This document shows, piece after piece, positions 20,829 through 31,313 of a DNA stretch of 64,000 bases. The DNA lies in the NCBI GenBank assembly GCA_963780185.1, contig CAWABA010000001.1, positions 265,621 to 329,620 on the forward strand, given 5' to 3'. The stretch's first letter is position 1. Every line of letters starts with the position of its first letter. The translations under genes and the position numbers were made by a program. The notes under the pieces are model-generated. The model ran no database searches and was not told the DNA's origin. It saw only the letters and a program-made list of their open reading frames with translations. Origin of the DNA: Candidatus Bathyarchaeota archaeon (lineage in GTDB: Archaea; Thermoproteota; Bathyarchaeia; Bathyarchaeales; Bathycorpusculaceae).

Positions 20829-22106
20829 GTGAAGTCTTTGAGTACTGCCAAAAAATCGTCCCTTGAACTGTTCCGTTTACGGAAAATGCTAAATGCCCTA
20901 GCGAGCAAAGAAGGCAGCCACACGGAACTCATCACGGTTTATGTTCCTCCAGGCAAACAAATCAGCGACGCCTTGAGCCTGCTGCGCAACGAATATGGCA
21001 CAGCAAGCAACATCAAATCAAACGTTACACGCAAAAACGTTCTGGACGCCATCACTAAAGCCCAGCAGAAACTCAAACTCTTCAAAGACCCAGGAGAAAA
21101 AGGCATAATCATTTTTACAGGCGCACTTCTACCCGAAGGCGGCGGACCAGGCACCGAACGCATGGAAGCCTACGTCATCGTCCCGCCTGAACCAATCAAG
21201 ATTTTCCTTTACCGCTGCGATTCACGGTTCCACACCGAGCATCTGCAGGAGATGCTTAGGGAAAAAGAAACCTACGGCATTCTGCTGGTAGACGCCAACA
21301 ACGCCACCATCGCAACCCTTCAGGGTAAACGGCTAGACATTGTGCGTCAAATGCATTCGGGTGTCACAGGCAAAACCAAGGCAGGCGGGCAGTCAGCTCG
21401 GCGGTATGAGCGTTTGCGGGACATGCAGCTTAACGAGTATTTTACCCGTGTTGGTGCGCATGCGAATGAGACTTTTCTGCCGATTGACACTCTGAAAGGT
21501 ATTATTCTTGGTGGTCCGGGACCGACAAAGTATGATTTTGAGAAAGGCGGCTACCTCAATTATCAGTTGAAAGACAAGATTTTGGATGTTGTTGACACGG
21601 CTTACGTGGAGGAGCAGGGCGTTAAGGAAGTGATGGATAAAGCGCCTGAAATCATGAAGAAGGTCCGCTACATCGAAGAGAAAGCCATCATGCAGAAATT
21701 CCTCTACGAAGTCGGCCATGACACAGGAATGATAACTTACGGCGAAGCCGAAGTTAGGCGGCTTCTGCAGTCGGGCGCTGTCCGTTTGCTCATCTTGTCT
21801 GAAAGCTTGGATCTGGTTCGCTTAACAGTGAAATGCGGCGCCTGCGGCGACGAGGAGCAGCACACCGTGAAAGCACAGGAAGTTGTGGCTTTCGAGCAGG
21901 GACTCGTCGGCAAACCCTGCGCAAAATGCAGCGCCCCATCCATGACGGTGCTTGAGAAAAAAGACGTCGTTGACGACTTAGCAGAGTTGGCGGAGCTTGG
22001 CAACACCGATGTCGAGGTCATTTCAACTGAAACCGAAGAGGGGCAAATGCTTAAAAACGCCTTCGGCGGCATAGCCGCAATGCTACGCTTCAAACAGCAA
22101 GGCTAA
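20829..22106 (+). CDS. prf1: Peptide chain release factor aRF1
   Basis: TASNIKS, YRCDSRF, GGQSARRYER; zinc-ribbon insert; FGGIAAMLRF. Confidence 0.97.
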   Translation: MKSLSTAKKSSLELFRLRKMLNALASKEGSHTELITVYVPPGKQISDALSLLRNEYGTASNIKSNVTRKNVLDAITKAQQKLKLFKDPGEKGIIIFTGALLPEGGGPGTERMEAYVIVPPEPIKIFLYRCDSRFHTEHLQEMLREKETYGILLVDANNATIATLQGKRLDIVRQMHSGVTGKTKAGGQSARRYERLRDMQLNEYFTRVGAHANETFLPIDTLKGIILGGPGPTKYDFEKGGYLNYQLKDKILDVVDTAYVEEQGVKEVMDKAPEIMKKVRYIEEKAIMQKFLYEVGHDTGMITYGEAEVRRLLQSGAVRLLILSESLDLVRLTVKCGACGDEEQHTVKAQEVVAFEQGLVGKPCAKCSAPSMTVLEKKDVVDDLAELAELGNTDVEVISTETEEGQMLKNAFGGIAAMLRFKQQG

Positions 22107-22178
22107 ACAGACACCAGAGTTAACCCGAAGTAAGGGTTCAAATTGACACGATGTCGCTTCTAGTTGTTTTCCCGGTCT

Positions 22179-25100
22179 TTAGTCGGCTACGCTAATAAAC
22201 TTTCTTTCAAAGTCTGGAAGCAGAAACAAGTTCTCGTCGTTGTAGTCGGCTTTTTTTGCGGGTATGGTTATTTGGAATATTGCCCCTTTTCCGGGAGTTC
22301 CCACTTCTTTTATGGTCCACCCGTAGGCTTCAATCATTTTCTGGACCAGTTTAAGCCCAAGTCCTGAGCCGTTGCCTGTCGTGAAACCTTCCGCAAATAT
22401 CTTCTTCTTGTCTGCCTCCGGAATTCCAACGCCGTTATCCTCGTAGAACAGTTTGGTCTCCGCAGCGTCTTTGGTGTAATACAACCGAATTTCATTAACT
22501 GCCTTTCCATGCTTCGCTGAGTTGTCGATGAGGTTGTAGAAAAGCTGCCTCAGCAACGGTCCCGCTGTCACGGTTAAACCTTGGCACTCATTGATAATTA
22601 TTATGTCTGGCTCAACTATTAGGTTCGCCGCTTGGTCGAAGCAGTCAGCCACGTCTATCTTAGTCGGTTTCTCAATGCCGATTTGCTCGAAGAGCCGACT
22701 GAACTCGAACAGTTTATCCGATTGTTTTATCGCTGTTTCAATGCCTTCGATGAATTTGGATAGTTCGGGTTGGTTTCCAATTTTCTTTTTCAGCAGGAAA
22801 AGGTTGGTGTTCGCCACCATGAGTTTGTTTTTGACGTCGTGTCTGGTTAAGGCGCCGACCACGCGGAGTTTCTCGTTTATGATCTGGAGCTTCTTGTGGC
22901 TTTCTTCCACTTCTTCTTCCTTCTTCTTTAGAACAGATATGTCTTCAAAGCTCTCGATAAGCAGGTTTTTGCCGTTGTGCCTGATCTTTGCCACGCTCTT
23001 TATGACTGGATGGGGTTGACCGTTCGCCTTGATCAAGACTTTTTCTGCTTTTTCAACTGTGCGGTCAAGATCCATAACGGGGCATTTTCCGACTTCGTTT
23101 GGGCATACAAAATTATGGCAGACTTTACCCGTCACATCTTCCTTGCGCGCCCCAAAAATGTTCAACGCCGCTGGGTTAACGTCAAGTATCTTGCGGGTTT
23201 CGCAGTCAACGACGATGATTCCTGACAGGGTTGAGTTAAGCAATGTCTCAAAGTAGTTCTTGGTTGACTGCAGTTTTTCTTCGGCTTTTTTGCGTTCAGT
23301 AATATCTCTCACTAGCATGCTTGTTTTCAGTGTGCCTTCAGCGTCTGTAAAAACGCTTGAAGTGACTTCGCCCTCAAAGGTCAAGCCGTCTTTGCGTTTA
23401 AAGGTAAGTTCTGCCTTCATCTTGCCGTTTCTTTCGCGTTCTTTGACAGCATTTTTCAAACGTTTGTCAACAACAACTACGTCGTTTCTTCCAGCTTTCT
23501 GGATTTCTTTTTCGCTCATGCCAAGCATGCGTTCTGCTGCCGGGTTAGCTGAAAGGATGGTTCCGTCAGGTTTAGTCAACATAACCGCGTCGAGACTGTT
23601 GTCAAACAAGGAGCGGAACTGAACCTCGCTTGACCTTAAAGCGTCTTCCGCCTTTTTCTGCGCGGTGACATCTTCAAGTTCACAAATGAAAACTTCAGGT
23701 TTAGCATCTTTGTCCCTCACGGCGCTCACGGTGACTTTTCCATCGATGATCTTACCTTTTTTTGTCACGTAACGTTTTTGCTGGCTGAAATATGGGATGG
23801 CTCCGGAAACAAGCTGCTTCATTAGTTCGTTGCTTGCGTCAACGTCGCCCGCTTGGGTAATTGTCCTGTAAGTTAAGTTCTTCAGTTCATTCTCCGTGTA
23901 GCCGAGAATTTTGCAGAATGTTTTGTTTGCGCTAAGAAACTTCATGTTCGGGTCTGAAGTGGCTATGCCTACAGGCGCGTTGGAGATTATTGCTTCCAGT
24001 TTTGCTTGGCTGTTTTTCAATAAAGATTCGTTTTTCTTTGATTCTGTTATGTCAGTGACTACGCCAAGAATGGCTTTTTCTCCCCCGTAGTCGATGAGTT
24101 TCGTATTGATTTCTGACTCAATTTTTCTTCCGTCTTTAGCGACAAGCCTGTATTCGTAACGGGAGATGTCTTCGCCTCTCTGATGCATGGCAAAAGCTTT
24201 TCTCAAAATCTCGATGGATTCGGGCGATATTATCGACATGAAATCAAAATCGGGAGCGCAGAATTCCTCTCGTGTGTAACCCATTATTTCCTCGCATTTC
24301 TTGTTTGCGTAGACTACTTTGCCCTTTTGATTGATGAAAATCATGTTTGGGGATTCGTCAGCTAATGTTCTGAATTTCTCTTCCGACTCCATTAGCTTTG
24401 CTTGAGCGTTTTTGCGCTCGGTTATTGGCACAGCGAGTTCGATTGCGGCTGTGATGTTTCCCTTCTTGTCTTTGAGAGATGTGGCTCGCAATTCGACCCA
24501 GGTGACTTCGCCTTTTGAGTTCACGGACTTGTACTCATGAATGTCGATGGGGACATTCTGCTCAAAGACTTTCTTGACGCCGCAGTCAACACAAACCGCT
24601 TTTGAGTTCGATACTTCATGGCATTTCTTATTCGGTGCAAACCCTACTTTTCTAAGCGCCGAGTTCGCCCAAACAACCCGATACCCTTTATCGATAATTG
24701 CCAGACCAGCCCCTATATTTTCCGTTACTCTTTCAAGGGCATAGTATCTCTCTTCAAGTCCCGCCTCGGCTTTCTTGCGTTCAGTGATGTCTAGAGCAAT
24801 TCCTCTTGCTCCCATAACCCTACCTTTTTTGATGACTGGCGTACTAGTTAATAGAACCGGAAAACGGGAGCCATCCTTTCTGACAAACGTATACTCATTG
24901 CTTTGCCGTACGTTTCCCAAAAACATCTGTTTCATGTTTTCTTTTGAACGATCAACATCCTCTGGCGCAACAAGACAATTTACGTTGAAGCCATTGGCGA
25001 AATCCTCTTCGGAGTATCCTGTGAGTTCATATGCTCTCTTGTTGGCAAAGAGCATTTGTGCGTTAGCGTCTATTTCAAAGACCATTTCTGGCAGACGGTT

Positions 25101-26315
25101 AACAAGCTCGCGATATTTTGCTTCGCTTTCTGAAAGCGACGCTTCCGCTTTTTTCCGTTGAGTAACGTCTCTTGCAAAAACAGCGATTCCGAACGTTTTT
25201 TCTCCATGTTTCATCACGTTAAAAGTTAGCTCTAAGACTCTCGGATCTCTTAGTGTCGCATATTCAATTGTAAATGAGCCTTCCATTAACGCTCTTTTGT
25301 TGAGTTGATTCCATCTTTGAGCTATTTGCTTGGTGGGCATCATGTCTTCGGCGGTCATGCCTGCCCTAACCTGTAAGTTTTGTGTCTTCAGAAAGTAGTT
25401 GCTAACAGCTTTGTTGAAAGTGAGAAGGGTGAAGTCGTCCGCATTAACGGACCAAATCATGTCTTCCGTGCTGTTAACAGTCGAATTCATCAACGCCTGG
25501 GTCTCATTCAAAGCGTCCTCAGTGGCTTTGCTCTTCGTCACGTCAATTAGGTTGGAGATTGAATGAGGCTCCCCGTTGATGTCGACTGTAATGAAGGACG
25601 CGTCAACCAGTTTTGTTTCGCCTGATTTGGTAACAACCTCAAGCCCTCTTTTCTGGGCTCGTCCTTCGCGCAGAAGTTTACAAATCAATTCTTCCTGTTC
25701 AGATGGGTTCTTCCAGCCTTTAAAGGCCAGGATTTCTTTTCCGAGAATTTCATCGCGTGAGTACTCCATTAATCTTTCGAAGCTCAGATTGCAATCAACG
25801 ATTTTTTTATCTGCGAGATTGAAAACCGTAATGCCCGCAGGTGATTCGTCAAAAATCCTTTTGAACTTCTCCTGAGATTCCTTGAGAGCCAATTTGGTTT
25901 TGTTTGTAGTCACAGCCAGCCTTATTCCATGAGCGAGTTCACCGTAGACTGTTTCAGGGTTCCCCTGCTTGTTGTAATATCCGCCTGCTCCAAGGTTCAG
26001 AGCTTCAACAGCTATCTCTTCTCTTCCTTTCCCCGTAAAAAGAATGAACGGGATCGGGTTTTTTTGTTCTTTGAGTTCCTTCAGAAAATCTAAGCCGTTT
26101 TTGCTGGGCATTTCATAATCAGAGACAACAACATCATACTGTCGGCTCTGCAGCTTTTTGAAAGCCTCCTCAACGCTGGATGCAAAATCAATTTCGAAGT
26201 TGCCCTCTGTCATCAGTATCTGCTTGGACACCTCCAGTATGGAGGCGTCATCGTCAACGTGAAGGACACGCAAAGAATCGCCTGCATCTATGGTTTCGCG
26301 AGCAATCATCCGCAT
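22179..26315 (-). CDS. Hybrid sensor kinase: receiver domain, 8 PAS domains, HisKA/HATPase
   Basis: VLHVDDD, SDYEMP, FTGKG receiver; repeated PAS/PAC units ending DITERKKAE; H-box RHDVKN; NLIDNS, EDNGVG, GSGLGL. Confidence 0.95.
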   Translation of the reverse strand: MRMIARETIDAGDSLRVLHVDDDASILEVSKQILMTEGNFEIDFASSVEEAFKKLQSRQYDVVVSDYEMPSKNGLDFLKELKEQKNPIPFILFTGKGREEIAVEALNLGAGGYYNKQGNPETVYGELAHGIRLAVTTNKTKLALKESQEKFKRIFDESPAGITVFNLADKKIVDCNLSFERLMEYSRDEILGKEILAFKGWKNPSEQEELICKLLREGRAQKRGLEVVTKSGETKLVDASFITVDINGEPHSISNLIDVTKSKATEDALNETQALMNSTVNSTEDMIWSVNADDFTLLTFNKAVSNYFLKTQNLQVRAGMTAEDMMPTKQIAQRWNQLNKRALMEGSFTIEYATLRDPRVLELTFNVMKHGEKTFGIAVFARDVTQRKKAEASLSESEAKYRELVNRLPEMVFEIDANAQMLFANKRAYELTGYSEEDFANGFNVNCLVAPEDVDRSKENMKQMFLGNVRQSNEYTFVRKDGSRFPVLLTSTPVIKKGRVMGARGIALDITERKKAEAGLEERYYALERVTENIGAGLAIIDKGYRVVWANSALRKVGFAPNKKCHEVSNSKAVCVDCGVKKVFEQNVPIDIHEYKSVNSKGEVTWVELRATSLKDKKGNITAAIELAVPITERKNAQAKLMESEEKFRTLADESPNMIFINQKGKVVYANKKCEEIMGYTREEFCAPDFDFMSIISPESIEILRKAFAMHQRGEDISRYEYRLVAKDGRKIESEINTKLIDYGGEKAILGVVTDITESKKNESLLKNSQAKLEAIISNAPVGIATSDPNMKFLSANKTFCKILGYTENELKNLTYRTITQAGDVDASNELMKQLVSGAIPYFSQQKRYVTKKGKIIDGKVTVSAVRDKDAKPEVFICELEDVTAQKKAEDALRSSEVQFRSLFDNSLDAVMLTKPDGTILSANPAAERMLGMSEKEIQKAGRNDVVVVDKRLKNAVKERERNGKMKAELTFKRKDGLTFEGEVTSSVFTDAEGTLKTSMLVRDITERKKAEEKLQSTKNYFETLLNSTLSGIIVVDCETRKILDVNPAALNIFGARKEDVTGKVCHNFVCPNEVGKCPVMDLDRTVEKAEKVLIKANGQPHPVIKSVAKIRHNGKNLLIESFEDISVLKKKEEEVEESHKKLQIINEKLRVVGALTRHDVKNKLMVANTNLFLLKKKIGNQPELSKFIEGIETAIKQSDKLFEFSRLFEQIGIEKPTKIDVADCFDQAANLIVEPDIIIINECQGLTVTAGPLLRQLFYNLIDNSAKHGKAVNEIRLYYTKDAAETKLFYEDNGVGIPEADKKKIFAEGFTTGNGSGLGLKLVQKMIEAYGWTIKEVGTPGKGAIFQITIPAKKADYNDENLFLLPDFERKFISVAD

Positions 26316-26658
26316 TACCCGTTAACTTAAACCTATTAGCAAAACCAATAAATCCGTTATGAATCTTGGATAAACGTTTTTCAAGAAATTTAAAAAGGCA
26401 AAGTTTGCATTTCCAGAAGCTGATTCCAAAAAGGGCTAAAGTAGTTGGGTTTTGGGGTAAGGTGAGGGGGTTTGCCCCTCCCTCTTCGAAGCTCAACTTT
26501 TACATTACCGACAAGCGCTCTTTTGCCTTAAAAGGGATATTTCGAATCTCGTAATATATCCAGTTGTACAAGAATACAATTGGCTTAAAGGTGCTCTTGG
26601 CGGCTTTTTAGGTACACATTTTCTTTTGACGGCTCGTATTACTCTTTTAGTAGTTATT

Positions 26659-27042
26659 TTATGTAGGCTTTTTGGACCGCTTTTCTATTCTGTAATTCTG
26701 AATCTCTCTTAGGATTGCTGTCTCAGAAATTTTCTTTCGCTTGATTTCATCGAGGTCGCCAAAAAGTTCTTTTATGCCTAGAATGTCTTCGATTTCTTTT
26801 TTTCCTTTACCTATTACGAGTAGCTTCTTCTGTTTCGAAGTTTTCCCAGATGTTATCTCGACTTTCGCGCAAAAAAGCTTCGAAATTTCCTTAATGATTT
26901 CTTTGTTTACTTTGCCTTTCACGGGTTCTTCGGTGCTGTGGACAACTATTTCGCCGCCATCCAACTCGACGCTGAATTTGGGAGAGTTGGGTTTAACGAA
27001 AATGGTGATGATGGTGCCGTCTTTGGTTTCTTTGATGCTCAT
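26659..27042 (-). CDS. DUF167/UPF0235 (YggU-like) protein
   Basis: IFVKPNS, EPVKGKVNKEII, ITSGKTSKQKKLLV; ATGA overlap with the topoisomerase stop. Confidence 0.85.
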   Translation of the reverse strand: MSIKETKDGTIITIFVKPNSPKFSVELDGGEIVVHSTEEPVKGKVNKEIIKEISKLFCAKVEITSGKTSKQKKLLVIGKGKKEIEDILGIKELFGDLDEIKRKKISETAILREIQNYRIEKRSKKPT

Positions 27043-28686
27043 GCAGTTATGCACTCGCATGGCTGCGCTTGCGTTTTACTTTGCAGTGCCCAGCTGAATT
27101 TGTTGCGCAGGGTTTTAGGGTAGAATTTTTCGATGTCGAACTTGACTTTTTTCGCCCATTTCACGTAAGCCGTCGGGTCAATGTACGATTTCAGCGACGT
27201 GCCCAAATTGTATTCTTTTGTCAGCTTGGTGAGTTCCAAGTCAAGCTTTGCCCTCTCTATTCGGGTCTGAAGCGATTCGGTTTTTTTGCCTTCTTTCTTT
27301 TTGGCTTGCAACTGGACTTCGAGCGATTTTAGGTTGGCTTCTTTCTTCTCCAGCCGCTGGTCAAATGTCGGCGGCACCTTTTTCTTGTGGTTCGCTACTA
27401 CTGCGACTTCGTAGTTAGCCATTTTTGCCACGTAGGCTTTCTTGTAATCGGGAGTCTCCTTTGTTACTTTTTCCTTCTCTGTTTCATTTTTAAGAGCTAT
27501 TTCAAGTGTGGTGGTGCATTTCCAGGTGCGAAACACCTTGGCTGAAAGTTTAGGTATTTTCTCGGAGAGGAAACGGGCTACCTTTTTGGAGTCGACGCCT
27601 TCAAAGAGGTATTGTTTGCTTGTCTTCATGTAATTTTGGATGTTTCGAATGACTTCTGGCGGCGCTGGAAGAGTCTTGTCCCATTCCACGCTGTCTTTGC
27701 CCAGAAAATGGAAGTTCAGTTGGTTTCCATCAATTTTCACGTGCTCCGCCCTAAGCGTAATTGCGCCCACGGTGTCGGCTTCATCAGGGTCCTTTTCGTC
27801 GCCAACCCTCATGTTAACAGCGAAAATAAGCCAAGCCACAGTCGCGACTTTGCGTCTGTCTTCTTCCTTGGAATCCAAATTCCTCTGAATATGCTGCTCG
27901 ATAGTTTTGATTTGTTTGCCCAGTGTTTCGGCTTTCTGGAATTTTTCTTTCTCGCGGTTCTGCTTCAAAAACGCGGTGTCGCTGAACCAAACGTACTTGA
28001 TTTTTCCTGTAAGCTTGTCTTCCCATTTGGCAACGTACATCTTTTCGGGTTCCCAAACAACTCCTTTCCAGTTTCCAGCTGGAACAGGCGCGTCAGGAGG
28101 CAAATTCAGAACGATGTCGCCTTCGCTTGGTCCGTCCTTCCATTTTCCACGTTGCGGATGGTCGCCGCGCCCCGCGAAGAGGCACGACGGCTCAGAGGTC
28201 CAGTTAGCAATCTTCTAGCTTTTGCCCATCAAGGATCGCATAACCATATTTTTCTTTAAATTCCAACTGTTTTGCTTTGCGTTCTTCTGCCTGCTGCTTT
28301 TTGATTTCTTTGGTTAAGGCTTCTTTTTTTGCTTTCTCTGTTTCGATGAAGCTGCAGACTTGGCTGAAGTCGATTTCGTCGTTGCTGGTTTGGGTTTCAG
28401 GATGCTCGATGCCTTTCAAGTAACTTGGGATAAACTGATTTAGGAAGCCTGCGGATGCATTCTCTTTTTTGAGTTCGCCAAGGAATTCCCGCATAAAATT
28501 AAGTTTGAAAACTTTGTCTGGCGGGGACACTGCGGATAAGGTTTTTCTTACCCACGCAACCGCCATCTGCTCGCTCTTAGGCGTCAACTTCAGGGTTTGA
28601 CCCTTGATTTTGACGTTGAAGCCTTTATAATCGTAAACTGGAACGAATATGCCGTTATGCTGTAGACTTTTCATAACGTGTCGCAT
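27039..28686 (-). CDS. DNA topoisomerase IB, eukaryote/Thaumarchaeota-like long form (indel near 28210)
   Basis: SLQHNG, EPSCLFAGRGDHPQRGKWK; catalytic residues in NMRVG, GKDS, AKVFRT, VANH, GTSLKSYIDP. Confidence 0.95.
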
Positions 28687-28851
28687 TTCTAAACCTCAAT
28701 TTCTCGAGTAAACGACTTTTTACCTTTAAACCGTTTCCCGAACTAATTAACTTTACAGCTTCTTTTTGGTGCTAAAGCTGCAACTTTCCATTACCGAGCC
28801 CCCGAAGCTTAAAAAGATATAGCTGAAAACGCCGAAGTTTTCTGGGCGTGG

Positions 28852-29259
28852 TTATGAAAACAGGGTTTTCTGCTTCTTCGCAGCCCGACTATCCTGCAGC
28901 TTTCGGTAGACGGCTTCCACGTTTTTGCGTTCAACAAATCCCTTGTGAGGGCGAAAGCCGCCGCCGAACGCGCCTGGAATATGCATTAACTCGTGGATGA
29001 GCGTTTTTTCTTGGTCTTCAGCCCGCATTTTATCGTAGACTTCCGAGATGACCTCTATCGTGTAGGACGGCGGCAGGTTCAAAACTCCCTGCCAAATCTT
29101 GCCTAACCCGTGGATGCGCGCAATTGTGCGTCTGGCTTTGGAGCCTCTGCTTCTGACGCAATAAACAAACTGTGGCACGACGTGGAAGAACTCGCATTCT
29201 TCCGCTAGCTGGTCGACGTGTTTTTTGATTTCTGGCGCTTCAAAATACTTTATCGGCAC
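28852..29259 (-). CDS. Small HExxH zinc metallopeptidase (putative phage-metallopeptidase/COG4900 type)
   Basis: RSRGSKARRTIARI, YTIEVISE, LIHELMHIP, RPH; basic; no signal peptide. Confidence 0.85.
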   Translation of the reverse strand: MPIKYFEAPEIKKHVDQLAEECEFFHVVPQFVYCVRSRGSKARRTIARIHGLGKIWQGVLNLPPSYTIEVISEVYDKMRAEDQEKTLIHELMHIPGAFGGGFRPHKGFVERKNVEAVYRKLQDSRAAKKQKTLFS

Positions 29260-29381
29260 CTTGTTTCCCTCTCTTCCGCAATGCTACGTATGATGTTTGG
29301 GTCAAGAAGTTAAATGCTTTTCCACGGTGCGGCGGCAAAGGCAAGCTTCTACCCGATTATTTTTTTCACGTACGGCACTTT

Positions 29382-29557
29382 TAGCAGCGGGTACAGTGTC
29401 AAAGCACTGGAATTTCCACTTTGGATGGCAAAGCGTAGATGCTTATGTACAAAAATCCGAGGTGGAAGATGAGCCACTCAGGAGCCCTTCAAAGATTCTG
29501 CTGGGGGTAAGCGGTGCTCCGTTGATGTAGAAAGCTCCAGGCAAAGTAGGCTGTTGT
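29382..29557 (+). ncRNA. Candidate structured non-coding RNA, family unknown
   Basis: Nested stems found by eye: AGCAGC/GCTGTT, CTGGA/TCCAG, TTCCACTTTGGAT/ATCCGAGGTGGAA (G-U pairs favour + strand), GGAGC/GCTCC. Confidence 0.3.
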
Positions 29558-29646
29558 CTAAAAAATCATGGGGATTCTGATGCGGGCAAACTTTTTCTTG
29601 AAGAAGACTTTTATCGCAAAAGAAACCATTCTTTACTTGATGTTTT

Positions 29647-30078
29647 ATGCCGGCAGTTAAGGATATCATGACTAAGGATGTGGTTACGATTGATGTTGGG
29701 CAAAGCGTCTTTGAGGCAGCTGAACTAATGTCTGCAAAAGGCGTAGGCTGCTTGGTCGTCACGGATAAGGCTGTCCCCGTAGGAATCATCACTGAAAGGG
29801 ACTTTGTGAGGAGAATCGTGGCGCAACGCGCTTCGCTGGACGTGGCTGTGTCTGAAATTATGACTAAAAACCTCGTCACCGTTGTCCCCGACGCCTCAAT
29901 CAAGGATGCCGCGCGGCTGATGTCAAGCCACAAAATCCGAAGGCTACCCGTTCTACAGCAAAACAAGCTTGTCGGGATACTTGTCGCCACGGATTTGGTG
30001 CGGAACGTTGGCAAAAAAACCACGGCTGAAGAAATCCTTGACGCCATCGGACGCTACCCATCTGGCTTCCTCGCTTAA
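29647..30078 (+). CDS. CBS-pair protein
   Basis: VKDIMTKDVVTI, GIITERD, IRRLPV. Confidence 0.92.
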   Translation: MPAVKDIMTKDVVTIDVGQSVFEAAELMSAKGVGCLVVTDKAVPVGIITERDFVRRIVAQRASLDVAVSEIMTKNLVTVVPDASIKDAARLMSSHKIRRLPVLQQNKLVGILVATDLVRNVGKKTTAEEILDAIGRYPSGFLA

Positions 30079-30246
30079 TGCAAACTTCTGGGCGAATTGA
30101 GCCGAGGCAGCATTTGCAAATGGGTTGCTAGGGACATTAAACAATACTTTATGCAGGATTTTGTTTTTCGTAACCTGTTTTGCGCTAATTTAGCAAAACT
30201 TTATAACATCGCCAAACGTTTTGGATTCTAAAAAGGTAGAATCAAG

Positions 30247-31170
30247 ATGAAATTCGGCACATACATGTTTGAAGCAAAGAAAGTTGAAGGCTTCGACTAT
30301 GACCTTTTCCGAGTTAAACCAGAAGTAGGCAGACGATTACCGCCAAAACCTGACATGCACAGCAACATCGCAATCTTCGGAGACAACGTTACAGCCCGCA
30401 ACCACCCAGACTGGATTTCTCAGTCAGCCCTCGGCCCAGCATGGAGAACCAACGATAACTTCAACGTCAGATGGGACGTTTTATGCGCAACTCAGCCAGA
30501 CCACCGCGCAGAGCAACTTGACTACATCGAAGACGTCGCACGCAAAAGCCCAGGTGTATGGCTAAACAGCATACACTTCGCAGAGCACGGACACTGCATA
30601 TGCCCACGCTGCCAAGAACTTTGGAAGAAAAGCGGCTTAAGCTGGTACGAATGGCGCAGAAAAGAAATTACCGATTACATGGCACTGGTAAGCGAACGTG
30701 TTCGCGACCGAGCTAAAAGCAAATTTGTCATCGGTGTTCTTCCTGACCCAGTTACAAACTATGAACGCTTCGGAGTTAACTTTGACGACCTTGCCCCTCT
30801 GACCGACGAATTTCTCGTGGTCATGTTCAGCAAGAACTATGCTACACCTTGGTACTGGGAAATGCTGACACGCAGCTTCAAGAAACTCTTCAAAGACGTC
30901 AAGTTGAACATTGCATTGTACGTTATCGGCCCCGGCGACGACCCAAGAGAAACACCAACCGTAAATGAACTCCTGACAGTCTCAGTTCGCATGGCAAGAG
31001 CAGGCGTAGACGGCATCCTATACTTAACAGACAAAGCTGCACAGATGGTTGAGTTCCAGAAAGCTGCGATCGCTCAAAAAGACACTCGTGAGCGCCTTAA
31101 GAGCTACGGTGGCAAAGCAGGCCAAGAAGTCCTTGACCTAGTTACAAGCTGGGAAAAGATCGTAGAATAA
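30247..31170 (+). CDS. Hypothetical TIM-barrel (glycoside-hydrolase-like) protein with a Cys cluster
   Basis: HPDW, LCAT.PDHR, HCICPRC, W.EWRRKEITDY; no signal peptide. Confidence 0.6.
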   Translation: MKFGTYMFEAKKVEGFDYDLFRVKPEVGRRLPPKPDMHSNIAIFGDNVTARNHPDWISQSALGPAWRTNDNFNVRWDVLCATQPDHRAEQLDYIEDVARKSPGVWLNSIHFAEHGHCICPRCQELWKKSGLSWYEWRRKEITDYMALVSERVRDRAKSKFVIGVLPDPVTNYERFGVNFDDLAPLTDEFLVVMFSKNYATPWYWEMLTRSFKKLFKDVKLNIALYVIGPGDDPRETPTVNELLTVSVRMARAGVDGILYLTDKAAQMVEFQKAAIAQKDTRERLKSYGGKAGQEVLDLVTSWEKIVE

Positions 31171-31313
31171 GCCAAACAAAACCAATCGCAGGCATGAGTG
31201 GTCAAAAAACCACCAGGCTGCACTTTTTATAATTTTTGTTCTCCAGCAGGCAGGCTTTGAGTTGCCTCATGCTCAAGAAAAAGCCTTCAAAAGGAAGGAA
31301 GAAATGTTTTTGT

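Noticed and set aside
26455-26490. GAGGGGG-TTTG-CCCCTC hairpin as an RNA gene or REP element
   Set aside because: Single short hairpin with no second copy or recognisable RNA context
29380-29560. RNase P RNA, SRP RNA or c-di-GMP riboswitch
   Set aside because: No GAGGAAAGUCC-type or SRP helix-8 motifs; GGCAAA alone is insufficient. Kept only as an unknown ncRNA candidate.
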